A stretch of DNA of 64,000 bases, from positions 3,910,151 through 3,974,150 of the forward strand of contig NC_057735.1 of assembly GCF_004010195.1 (NCBI RefSeq). The letters run 5' to 3'. The stretch comes from Chiloscyllium plagiosum (lineage: Eukaryota). Position 1 is the first letter of the stretch; every line of letters starts with the position of its first letter. Below, piece after piece: positions 37,241 through 49,312 of this stretch. The notes below the pieces were generated by a model. That model made no database searches, had not been told where the DNA came from, and saw nothing but the letters and a program-made list of their open reading frames with translations. The position numbers and the translations under genes are program-made.

Positions 37241-39829
37241 AAACAACTTATAGGCATGGAGTGGAAATGCATTATCTTTTTAAAAGGAAGTACGTGAATG
37301 CTTAAGCGGGAAGAAAAAAAAAACGACAAGATTATAATTGAATGAGAATAGACTTGAAGAAAGTGGATAACACTGACAGCCAGCCCAGGAACAGCGGGCT
37401 GAATGGTCTCCTGTGCTGTAAGCCTCCTTAATTTTTATCAAGGCTGACATTTGCACAGTTCCTTAACCCTTTTCTTAGTTTCGAAAATTCTGCAGTAGCC
37501 GCCTTTGCAAAGCTGATTTGAGTTCACCCGCCCCCCCCCCCCCAGTCGTTTGTTCCTGTAACTGCCTCGCCACTTGGTTTCTTGGAATAGCTTCTGTGGA
37601 ATAGGCAGGAATGAATGCAGCTGGACATTTGCAAAGAGTTGCTCAGTAACCTAACAGCAAAATACCATCACCGCAACTGTTTTTGATGAAAAGAATTTTG
37701 TCTCCACGTGGTTCCAAGGTGCTTTAGTTAATCCAGCTGTGAAATGGTTTGGGGGAAGCAGGGCTGCTTTCATGATACTGCTGGTGGCAGGTATTCATTC
37801 CATGGTGATGGTTTTTCTTCCATTCGTTGTGAATGACAAATCCTTTGCATGATGTGCCTTATTTTTGAAGTGGGTGGAGTAATCCGCTATGTGGTGGTCA
37901 CAGCAGGAGCTGGGGCTCAGCATCAATAGGGTTGCCAGCACCTGTGTGTCAGATTAAGCTGGTCTCTGCCCCTCCACAGCTAGTGCACTGACCATCAGCA
38001 AATTGATAGTCTGAAGAGAATTATTTGATCTTTATCCATCCAGCCACAAATAGCTTCCAGCTTTAGTCTGTGCTACGCAAGCAAGCACTGAATCATCCAT
38101 CAGCTTTCAAGTTACACCATGAAAAAGCCAGCTGAATTAATCTTTAGGGATTTCATTAACCTATTCCACCTTGTGCAATAATATGTTTGGTTATTTTTGT
38201 GCATTGCAAAACTTGGGGGAAACATGCACAATATCGGAACACATCAGGAAAGATTTAATTTTACAAGCCTCAGCTTTTTGGTAGGCCCTCTGGTCTTGCA
38301 AGCTACAGGTCCTATGGTAAAATATATAGACTTACTTGAAGGGCATCAAAGTGTGTTTGTCAGCTTAATGTGAATAGAGCATTTTCTGCAGCAGTTAGTT
38401 TAGGACGTCATCCCACCTGACTTAAATTCTGCCTAGCAAATAATAACAAAGATTGGTTAATTTGTGTCACACAGTGCTGTCGGCAGAATTAACTGCAAAG
38501 TTGGTCTCCTGCTTTCCGTCCAGCTGATAAAATGAACATTTAATGCTCAAAAGTCATAATTGACCAAAGATAGGAGGAGATAATTTTTTTTAAATACAGT
38601 GAGTTGTAATAACTGAAACACAGTGTGAAAATGGTGGAAATGGATTCAATAGTAACTTTCAAAGAGCAATTGGAATTAAAAACATGAAGGTCTACAAGGA
38701 AAGAACAGTGTGGCACAGGTCTTTATTGAACTAACACAGGCCTGATGGCCGAATGGTCCCCCTGGTATGCTGTCAGATGCTATGATTCTAACATCAATTC
38801 AGCATATCATACTGTTTGAGAAATTATGGATTTTGGTTATGTTCAGAATGACAAAAAGGGAAAACAGGAGGTAAACTGTTCCCCAGGGTTATGTCTCTCT
38901 TGCTCTCTCACAAACAGTCCCATGGAGGAACCAGGGTTGGAAAGTAATGGAAGTCTGCTTTACTGTGAAGAGTGGGAAGGAAAAGTCTATACTAGTTGAA
39001 GATAACTGTTCTGCTGATACCATGACTTCCTAGTGTGGGTTATCAGTTTTTAAGAAAGGATTTGATTCAAACCACACTGCAGAATTGACAGATTTTGACC
39101 ATCATTAGATTCCAAATAGTAAGCCAAGAGATTGCAACAAAGTCCAGTTCAGTTATTGAATTATGTCTCCAATTTCTGCATCAGAACAGCAGCTGATTCT
39201 AATTGACATTCAAGGGGTCCTTTTTCCCAGCGTTCCTGTGGCTAAGTAAGAACACTAAGCCAAGTAGAAAACAAAAGGTCCAGGCTTGTAAAACTGAATT
39301 CCCTCCTAATGTGTTTGGATATTAATTATTTTTTACACTTTGAGAAAACATCTGTGTTTGTAAAATTCTGCATGAGCTGCAATTGTTTCGATCTGTGCAC
39401 TAAGTATGTTCACTGCGTTTTCGCAGTGGACCATCAAAGCTGATGGATCATAGCCCTTGCCTCTATAGCCAAAGCTGGAAGCTATTAGTGACTGGATGGA
39501 TAAAGATCAAATAATTCTCTTTAGGCTGTCAATTTGCTGCTGCGCATTGCACTAGTATTGATTGCTTTGTAGATGATAGTTGTGGATGCTTTGATCTCTC
39601 GCCTGACTTAAAACCTCAACAATTGCATAAAATTTGAATGCATTTTAATCGAAGGTCATGTAGGAAGAATTAAATGTGAGGTGTTTCAGTGTTCCTACTG
39701 TTTCTGTCACTTTCTGTAGTTATGGCAGAAGGGTAAGAAATATTATATTCTCTCTCTTTTTTTCCTTTACTGTCCTTTATGCTTAGGACAGCTCTTGTGG
39801 AAGCCTGGATGAGCATGCGTTGGCAGGTT

Positions 39830-40491
39830 GATCAAAGTTTTACCTGCACATCCACCAATATTATTTATTGTATCCGTCGCTCCTGATGCAGTCCCCTCTA
39901 CATTCGGGAGACTGGACGCTTCCTAGCAGAGCGCTTTAGGGAACATCTCCGGGACACCCGCACCAATCAATCCCACCGCCCTGTGGCCCAACATTTCAAC
40001 TCCCCCTCCCACTCTGCCGAGGACATACAGGTCCTGGGCCGCCTCCATTGCTGCTCCCTCACCACCTGATGCTCTGGAGGAGGAATGCCTCCTCTTCCGC
40101 CTCTGAAAACTTCAACCCCATGGCATCAATGTGGACTTCACCACTTTCCTCCTTTTCCTCTTCCCCCACTTCACCCCAGCTCCAACCTTCCAGCTCAGCA
40201 CCACCCTCATGACTTGTCCTACCTATCTATCTTTCTTTCCACCTATTCACTGCACCCTCCTCTCTGATCTATTCCCTTCATCCCCACCCCCACTCACCTA
40301 TTATACTCTATGCTACTTTCTCCCCACCACCACCCCCCTCTCATTTATCTCTCCACTCTGCAGGCACCCTGCCTCTATTCCTAATGAAGGGCTTTTGCCC
40401 GAAATGTCGATTTTCCTGCTCCTCGGATGCTGCCTGACCTGCTGTGCTTGTGACCATCTGGTTTCCAGCATCTGCAGTCCTTGTTTTTACC
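39830..40491 (+). mobile_element. Penelope-like element 3' part: GIY-YIG endonuclease pseudo-ORF plus pLTR
   Basis: Translates QSFTCTSTNIIYCIRRS*CSPLYIRETGRFLAERFREHL...PVAQHFNSPSHS (IIY..YIG-type motifs). It is followed by the same pLTR found in the mini-insertions, which ties them to PLEs. Confidence 0.9.
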
Positions 40492-40985
40492 CAGTTGTAA
40501 GAGAAGCTAACACAGACCAATTTTTAAACTTTTGGGAGTGTGGACATCAGGACCAGCGATTATTGCGTATCATTAATTGTGCTGGTTTTGTGTCAATTCA
40601 GCTCCTGTTGATATCTGGACATGCATGTAGGCCAGTCCTGGTCAGGACAGAGAGCTCCAGCCTTGTGTGACACTAGTTCTTTTTGAGCTGAATCCATATT
40701 TTCAGGTTGCCATCTTGGGATTTGAACTCACTTTTTCTGGATTGTCCAGCAACGTAGCCACTGCCATGGTACCTGTTCTGTCCTCATCTAGTGTTTACCT
40801 GGGTAGCCCTGAGGTAGTCATTAAGAATGGGGCTCTGGGCTGATTTTTAAACTCCCATCCAAGCCCACAGTGTACCTATTTATCTATACTCTTCTATGCA
40901 TTCTTGGTACTGTTAGAGAAATCCTCACGCTGTACTTGCCACTGAGGATTATATAAGATGACAGCTATATTGAAAACAATCACAG

Positions 40986-41117
40986 TTAAAAATCACACAA
41001 CACCAGGTTATAGTCCAACAGGTTTAATTGGAAGCACACTAGCTTTCGGAGCGACGCTCCTTCATCACCTAATTTTTAACTTTGTGCACCCCAGTCCAAT
41101 ACTGGCACCTTCAATCA
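40986..41117. mobile_element. Mini PLE (second family) with inversion
   Basis: 15-bp TSD tgaaaacaatcacag at 40971-40985 and 41118-41132. Minus strand has the hammerhead-like tgatgaaggagcgtcgctccgaaagctagtg. Confidence 0.85.
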
Positions 41118-41909
41118 TGAAAACAATCACAGCAGCGAGTATTATGAAACCGTCACAATTGTTCACTAATAGGAAATCCATTGTCTTTACCTGGATTGGT
41201 CTGCATTTCTGGCCAGTCTATATATACTGTTCGAGGAATCCTCCAAGTGTCAGTCAGTGTTGTTAGAGGAATTCTTGCAGCATTAATTTGGCAGGTTGAA
41301 GGGATTTGACATGTACAGGTGTGTTTAGAGAGCAGCAAAACCTGGAAATAGATGATGTGTTTTTCTGTGTTAGTTCTGTTAATATGTTCAATCGTCACCT
41401 GTCTTTTTCTGAAATATAATATTAACAACCTGTAATATTTTATGTCAGATTTACAGCATCTGTATTTTTCCTGGCATCTCTTCTGAAAGAGTTCATGAAT
41501 ATATTATTCTACTGATTAACTTGCCTTATTTTTCATATCCTAGGGATTAAAGCAGAGAAAGAGGCTCCAGAGAGTCTATTTTATGTTCATCATAAAACTT
41601 GTACCTAAAGTTACTACTGTAACTTGAAGGCTGGGATCAGGGCTGTCGTTGATATTTACTAATTTTAGAAATCATATTTCATTAAGAATTGTCTTAAGCA
41701 AGGTCTCCTTTTATAAAGTATGATGCACTCAGTTTAATTCTGTTAACATAGCAGCAATGCAGTAGCTGTTTACTTTTTGAATTTTAATTAACATCTGTTA
41801 GAACATTGACCCAGGCTGTTGTGTTTTTGTGTCTTTTACTTTTTCACTTTTTTTTTTCTAGTTTTGTACTCTTCTTGCATGTTGGGATTTGCTCTCTGAG
41901 GACTCTTTG

Positions 41910-42400
41910 CATAGAATGTACAGCATGTAAACATGCCATTCGACCCATCCACTCAATCCTGGTGTTTAGTTCCACATGAGCCATCTCCCATCCCTCTTCA
42001 TCTAAACAGTGTATTTCTCCATTCTTTTCTTCCTCATGTGTGTAATTAGTTTTCCCTGAGATGCATTAACTAACAAATGGAGTTATTTGTCTCTATTACT
42101 CCATGTGGTAGCACTTTCCACCACTCAATTCCCTGTTGGATTTATTAGTAACTATGAGCTCCAATTCTATTCTTCCCCACAAGAGGAAACATTTCTCTAC
42201 GTTTGCCCCATCAAAATTTCTGAAAGTTCTCCGTCAGGTCATCCCTCAACCCTCTCTTTTTGAGAGGAAAGAACTCCAGCCTGCTGGTCTTTGCTCATGC
42301 ATGTATCTTTTCAGTTCTGATACCATCCTTGAAATTCATTTTGCACCTTCTGCAATGATTCAGTATCCTTTCTATAAAATAGTGCCTCAGCTAACTCAGT
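41910..42400 (-). mobile_element. Decayed CR1 3' end
   Basis: catagaatgtacagcatg tail plus caggtcatccctcaaccctctcttt, an RT C-terminal remnant. Confidence 0.55.
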
Positions 42401-45400
42401 GCCTTGTTCCTTGCCACAAATCAGTGTGATCAGTTTGTATTTGAACCCTTGCAAGTTGCAATAATGTGTGTTTGAACCAATTTAATCCACCATAGAGTGC
42501 AAGTCAGTATTTCAGTGGGTAGGGAAATTTGGTCCGATTGGATGCGGGTCAGAGTATGTTTTGTGCAACTGGAAAAATATCAATTTCATGATCCCTACCC
42601 TGCCTTGTACATATTATATATTACCTGTCACTGTACTCTTTTTAATGGAATGAAAGTCAGCTATGAAGGAACGCGTAATGAGACACCCTACTGCTCACAG
42701 GCAGCAGAAGAACACTACTTGGTCAAACACTATCTTGCTAGGTGTTCCTTCAGTTTTTCCCCTCCTAAAGTAAATGTCTATTTATTCCTGACTTTTCAAG
42801 GATGTGAAAATAACACTGTCTGTAGGAGGTCGGAAGAAGTGGCCTTTAGAAGCCTCATTTAGTGACTTTAGCCATCTGTGGTAATAAGGCATAAAATAAT
42901 GGAAGCAGCAGCCTTGAGAGTCAGTGAGGATTTGAGTGTCTCTAATCTTTAACAAATACAGCTGTTTCATTAAGTAGATATGAATGACTGTAACCTTGAA
43001 GGATCTATGTTTATTCCAATGTTGTACTGTGTGTGCTCGTCTCTCTCAATTACAGTGTAAGCAGAGAAAGCTAATTGCAGAGCAGAATTTCTGTGTGCAT
43101 GACTGATCAAGCACTGCACGTCTTTATCCAAAAACAGGCTCAGACAGTGTCCCACCTCTCTGCGCCTTTAGGGGAAAAGGAGCTTATGTGAGAGAGATGT
43201 TTTAAATTGCTTTCTTTTTAAGAAAAAATATTTCTTGCATATACATGTGTATACACAATATTGTAAGACTTCTAAGTGTTTCCAGTTGAAATCCCTTTTG
43301 TCAAATGATTTCAGCGAATGTGTTTTTTTTTGCTTCTAATCAAATTGGTCGCTGTAAAATTGACATTTCTGTAGTATTACAAATTCCGAGATTGAAGTAC
43401 ATGTTTCTCCTATGAAAGGACTCTTGAGGGAGAACTAGTATTTTGGAAAATAAGTTCCAAAATTGCCTCACTCGGGTGCTGTATTTTCTTTTTGCACAAT
43501 TGTGCCTAATTAACCAAATCTGAGTTTTCTTTGGCTTCCGTTCACAAGAAAATGGCATAATACAGTCAAAGCCACAAGCACTGGAGAGCAGGTGAGGAGT
43601 CAGACCAGAGGTCAGGCATTCAGGAGAGCTTTCCCACAACAACTTAATGTCCGCCAGTGATCCTTGCTCTGTAAAACAGACTGAAGGGGGATTAGCCAGG
43701 ATTAGTGTCAGTATTAGCCACCAGAGTGTAGGTCTTAATGCTCCAAGGGAACCTACTGAGGCAGTAAATCTACTTTATCTAAAGGGGATCTAAGAAACCT
43801 TGAGTGCATTCCTTCAGAAAATGAATCTGAAAACTTCTCAGTGTGAAAAACGGATTAGTAAATAATCCTATCGTTTGTGACATTTCCCAAAACAAGACGT
43901 ATGGCTCAGAGCTGAAGTATCTGTTCCCCCTTGCCTCCCCCATTCCCTGGAGCAACTATTTGACAAATGTGTGTTCAGGTGAGCATCCCTCTAACTCAGC
44001 TGCATCTCTACCATGTTTGGAGTTGGTATCAAGAAACTTTGCAAATTGAAACAGCTAATTATCGGAATTAAGCCTGAAATGTGGTGCTTTGTTGTGCCAT
44101 CCTGTGCAACTAATATCCTTTTATGGGAATGAAAGGCTTCTTGAAAGGATCAGGGTAGAATTTTATTCTTAAAATAAGTTAGTTATATGATGAGCAGTGG
44201 AATTACTCCCAAAACTTCTCTGTCTTTCTCCCCCCCCCCCCCCTTCTAAAACCAACCTCTGACCACCAATCCCAATGCCTTCCAACATAAGGAGAATCAG
44301 GAGAACAGGATTGAGCGACATTGCACATTGAGTCTGCTGTGTCGGTCAGGACTATACCTCAGTCCTCAACTCTGGAAATCCTCCCCTGCTCTCTATTTCC
44401 TTTTAGAATCTACCTTTTGGCAAAATGTTTGTTTAACTGACCCAGCATTTCATCATGTGATTTGAACTTTACATTGACTCAATTTCAATGTTGACCATTC
44501 CTTGTATAGCACCTTTTAATATAGTTGAAGTTGCACCCTTAATTTGGTTCATCATCCCAAGTAAGTTGATGAAGCATGACCAAATACCATTAACACCAAT
44601 AATCCAGAGAACGCTAGTTCAATTTGCTACTGTATTAGGCTCCATGGCAGTGCAAGAATTTGAATTTGGTTTAAAAATAATTAAATGATACGTGCAATAA
44701 AAAACTGGTCTCTTAAATAGAGTCTGTTGAATTGCTACAGAAGCTCTCTAATGTCCATTAGAGATTGAAGCCTGGTGTCCTTACCTGGTCTGCCCTGCAG
44801 GTGGACTCTAAACCAGTGTGAAAACTGCTCCAAAGAATAACATGATGTAAGGAGCAGGCCCAGAGAAGATCATCTTGGGGCAACTCTGGGTGTGCAATAA
44901 ATCCCAGCCTTGCTGATGTTACCCTATCCTGAGTACAACTGGGCAAAAAAAAAACCCTTTCATCTCTATAATGATTTGGAACTTGTAGGTAGTCAATAGT
45001 TCTTCACAGTTGATGTTTCCAGCATTGCACATCACTGTTAAAATTTGTCTGTGATTGGTGTTCTTATTGTGGAAGAATTTTGTTGACCCTGCTTTGCCAG
45101 TTTCTTCTGAGAGTTTGGGTACCAATTGCCCTTCAGGCTCTTTGTGTTCCTTTGGTTTGGAAATATGTGAATTTGCTAAGGGTTCAATTTGTTCCTCATT
45201 TCTGACGTTGTTGTGTGAAATCTGCAAAAGGCAAGGTAGGCCAGATTGGGAATGTGTTGATGTATGGATTGTTCATGACCTGGTGATGTAAAAAGAGACT
45301 TGACAGAAGCTTTCAAAATTATGGAAGGGTTTGATTGGGTGGGTTTGATTGGGTGAAGAAGCATTTCATTGGATGCATTAAAGGAGAAGCTTGGTGCAGT

Positions 45401-45911
45401 TTGGAGGATGCCTGTCAAAAAAGACAAAGGCTCTTTGGGACTATAAATCAATAGTATATTGTGATTAGGTTGACTGACCTTGTTCTGTACTGTACTTTCT
45501 TTGTAAATGTAATCCAGTAATGAGCTGTAGGATATTGAATTGCAGACCAGGCTTGAAGGGGTAAATGGCTGCCTTCTGCTCCGATTTTCGAAATTTTGCT
45601 GCCTTCATAGAAATAATCTTAATCACTACTGTCCTCCCTACCTCAAACCATTGGTGGTTTTGAAGGAAGCATTGTATCAGAGAGTGCTGCAGGTATCATA
45701 ACTTTAATAGTGGCCTCCAAACTAATGATGTCATGGTATCTTTGGAGTTTGCCTTCTGCATGGACCCCTTTTTAATAAGACAGTTGCTGGTGTGGATTTG
45801 ACATCAGGCCTGTGTTTGCCCATTGGTATTCCTGCACAGCTGAAATCTTTCAGCAACTTCCAAATTGCAGTTGGTGAGAGGGTCGTTCTTTTCACAGACC
45901 CTACACTCTGA

Positions 45912-46226
45912 GGGTGGTTCAGTGGTTAGCACTGCTGCCTCACAGCACCAGGGTCCCAGGTTCAATTCCAGCCTCGGGCAACTGTCTGTGTGGAGTTTGC
46001 ACATTCTCCCCGTGTCTGTGTGGGTTTTCTCCGGGTGCTCCGGTTTCCTCCCGCAGTCCAAAGATGTGCAGGTCAGGTGAATCGGCCATACTAAATTGCC
46101 CATAGGTTAGGTGCGTTAGTCAGAGGGGAAAAGGGTCTGGGTGGGTGACTCTTTGGAGGGTCAGTGTAGACTTGCTGGGCTGAAGGGCCTGTTTCCACAC
46201 TGTAGGGAATCTAATCTAATCTAATC
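45912..46226 (+). mobile_element. HE1-type SINE, full length
   Basis: tRNA head, V-domain and tail gaatctaatctaatctaatc. Confidence 0.9.
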
Positions 46227-46371
46227 AATGCGAGCCACAATGCATTTTAATTGATAACTGAATACTGAGTTGCCTAATGCCGTTTTTACGGGACCTTGAG
46301 ATCTTGTTTGGATAATTGATGTTTGGATAATCAAGGTTGTACTGTGCAGCAGCAACATAATATTAACAATT

Positions 46372-46720
46372 GCTCAGTTGTCAGAAGGCTGTGGATTCAA
46401 GCCACAGTCTTGAGGACATAATCTGGCCTGACACTTGAGAGCAGCACTGCGGGAGTTGTGCACTCAGAGGTACCATCCTTCCAATTCTCCCATGGCACTG
46501 CTATTGAAAGAAGAGCTGGAGAGTTCTCCTAATGTCCTGGTCAACTTTTAATCCTTTACTGATAGCAGTAAAAGAAATTATTTTCTCATTTATCTTGGTG
46601 AAACACTTCTGCAACTGTTAGCTTGTGTGTTTCCTAAATTACAACTGAGGCAAGAGTTCAAGCGTGGCTCATTTATTGTGAAGTGATTTGGGGCTTGCAA
46701 AGTATTCTCTAAATGCATGT
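46372..46720 (+). mobile_element. DeuSINE
   Basis: tcagaaggctgtggattcaag...cccatggcactgctattgaaagaagagctggagagttctcc...taaatgca. Confidence 0.65.
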
Positions 46721-46979
46721 TTACTGTCTCAATCCTCCTGGTTTGACCTACAGTATTTCTTCTGTACCTCCTTTGAAATTGTCGCTTTGCAGAACCTCTG
46801 CAGCATGTTAAAAGGAAGTTTGTATTGTTTCACTTACAAAAATAAAGAACGCCCAGATCAATAACCTTTTTTTTCTCTTCACTGAAGCTGACTAATAATC
46901 TGTTCATGTTGCAGATTTGAAACTTTGTCAGTTTTATTATTCCGTTTAGATTATTGTAACAGTTTTGGGACAGAGAGTA

Positions 46980-47488
46980 TAATTTTCTGGGCTCCTTCCT
47001 ATCAGAAAGATGTTGTGAAACTTGAAAGGGTTCAGAAAAGATTTACAAGGATGTTGCCAGGGTTGGAGAATTTGAACTATAGGGAGAGGTTGAACAGCCT
47101 GGGACTGTTTTCCCTGGAGAGTTGGAGGCTGAGGGTTGATCTTAGGTTTGTAAGATCATGAGGGGCGTGGTGGGGGCGTCCAGAATTAGAGAGCAGAGGT
47201 TTAGGGTGAGAGGGGAAAGATATTTTCTAATTAGAATTAGAGACCTAAGGGGCATCTTTTTTACACAGAGGATGGTACGTGTATGGAATGAGCTGCCAGA
47301 GGAAGTGGTGGAGACTAGTACAATTGTATAATTTAAGAGGCATCTGGATAAGTATATGAATAGGAAGGGTTTAGAGGGATATGGGCTGGGTGCTGGCAGG
47401 TGGGACTCGATTGGGTCGGGATATTTGGTCGGCACGACAAGTTGGAGTGAAGAGTCTGTTTCCGTGCTGTACATCTCTATGACTCTGA
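46980..47488 (+). mobile_element. CR1 3' end
   Basis: Encodes FWAPSYQKDVVKLERVQKRFTRMLPG. Tail tctctatgactct. Confidence 0.85.
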
Positions 47489-47877
47489 ATCAGATTTTGT
47501 GATGACATTTGATGGTATCAACAAGGAGAAGTTATCTTCAACTTGTAGAATTATTGATAACGTGGGAGTCAAATTAAAATGTTTCCTGAGAGTATAGAAT
47601 TGAGGTCAGAAAAATGTTGTGTATATTCTACAAGTTTAGAACCTTTCTTGACAAAGGGAGTTCGAGATGGAGAGATTACCGCAAAAAGAAAAATCTGTCT
47701 GACATTCTGATACAGACTTGGCCAACAGAAGGATCGCATCGGAGCATTCAATGTTTAACTGCAAAAATTAAATTGCTGGTACATTACTGTCATTTAAAGC
47801 ACAGTAAGGATATTTATAGTGTTTGCGGTGATTTAGATGGTAGTACTCTCATCTCTAAGCCTTCAGTTTCTGATCAA

Positions 47878-48668
47878 GTGGGCCGAAGAATGGCAGATGG
47901 AGATTAATTCTGATAAATGCAAAATGCTACATTTTGGTAAGACGAACCAGGGACAAGACTTAAACAGTTAATGGTAGTGCCCCTGAGTGTGTTGTCGAGC
48001 CACAAGATTTTAGGGCTGCAGATATGTAGTTCCTTGGAAGCAGCATCACAGGCAGCAAAATGGTGAAGAAAGCATTTAGTACGTTTGACTTCATCAGTCA
48101 GAGCATTGAGTACAGGAGTTGGGACATGTTCTAGGAGTAGACGACATTTGGAGTACTGTGTACAATTCTGGTCGCTCTGCTATAGAAAGGATGTTATTAA
48201 ACTGGAAAGGGTACACAGAAGATTTACAAGGATGTGACCAAGACAGGAGTGTGTAAGTTATAATGCGAGACTGGATAGGCTGGGACATTTTTCCCTGGAT
48301 CATAGGTGGCTGAGGAGTGACCTTGTAGAGGCTTGTAAAATCATGAGGGACACAGATAAGGTAAATAGCCAAAATCTTTTTCCCAGGAGGGGGAGTCCAA
48401 ATCTAGAGGGCATAGGTTTCAGGTGAGAGGGAGCATGTTTAAAAAGGACCTGAGTGACAACCTTTTCACACAGAAGGTGGTGCATATAACAGGCAGCTGA
48501 AGGAAGTGATAGCAGTGAGTACAATTACAGCATTTAAAAGGTATTTGGGCTGGTACATGGATAGGAAACATTTAGAGAGATATAGGCCAAATGCACGCAA
48601 ATGGGACTAGATCAAGAAACTTGGCCGAGTTGGACCAAAGGGTCTGTTTCTGTGCTGTACGACTCTGA
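47878..48668 (+). mobile_element. CR1 3' end
   Basis: Encodes HLEYCVQFWS...KLERVHRRFTRM. 3'UTR ends ctgtacgactct. Confidence 0.8.
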
Positions 48669-48864
48669 TTCAAGGCTCCCTCCAGGACCGAAATCAAGGC
48701 TAATGCTCCCTGTGCTGTATTGAGGGAGTTCTGCACAGTCTGAAGGGTCATTTATCAAATGGCAGAACCACCATGTGCCTCTGCAATGGATACAAAAGAT
48801 TCCTTAGCACTGTTTTCAAGAGCAGAGGAATTATCATGAGAGTGCTAGACAATTGTTATCCCTC

Positions 48865-49312
48865 TTAGCTTAAAAATGTGTTGCTGGAAAAGCGCAGCAG
48901 GTCAGGCCCTCCTCATTCCTGAAGAATGGCTTATGTCCGAAACATCGATTCTCCTGCCCCTTTGATGCTGCTTGGCCTGCTGCGCTTTTCCAGCAACACA
49001 TTTTTAAGCTCTGATCTCCAGCATCTGTAGTCCTCACTTTCTTCTAGTTGATTTTAACCTACTGCGAATCCTCTTGCAAGGATGCCTTCCTTGCCTTGAA
49101 GAAGCTCTCCTCCTCCCTCTACAAGGATCTCAGCGAGTCTCTCTCTCACTGCACCCCCCAGGTCAAAAACACACCCTCCTCATTCCTGAAGAAGGGCTTT
49201 TGCCCGAAACGTCGATTCTCCTGCTCCTTTGATGCTGCCTGACCTGCTGCACTTTTCCAGCAACACATTTTTAAGCTCTGATCTCCAGCATCTGCAGTCC
49301 TCACTTTCTCCT
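48865..49312 (+). mobile_element. Non-autonomous PLE: inverted stub plus two direct pLTR copies, each with a hammerhead-like motif
   Basis: 14-bp TSD aattgttatccctc at 48851-48864 and 49313-49326. Direct repeats of about 140 bp lie 267 nt apart. Confidence 0.88.
49183..49217 (+). ncRNA. Minimal type I hammerhead-ribozyme-like motif
   Basis: CTGAAGA(49186-92)-A-GGGC tttt GCCC-GAAA(49206-09)-CG-TC, with a predicted cut after 49213. The helix III loop ACGT is palindromic and stem I is very short. Activity is not shown. Confidence 0.6.

Noticed and set aside
45912-45985. tRNA-like sequences (also at about 17740-17800, 32800-32870 and 59110-59175)
   Set aside because: These are tRNA-derived SINE heads continuing into V-domain and LINE tail, not tRNA genes.
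535-49213. Selection against intact sense-strand hammerheads in the host intron
   Set aside because: Most sense copies are damaged, but antisense copies (31467, 58320, 29356, 60419) are too. The sample is too small and consistent with neutral decay.
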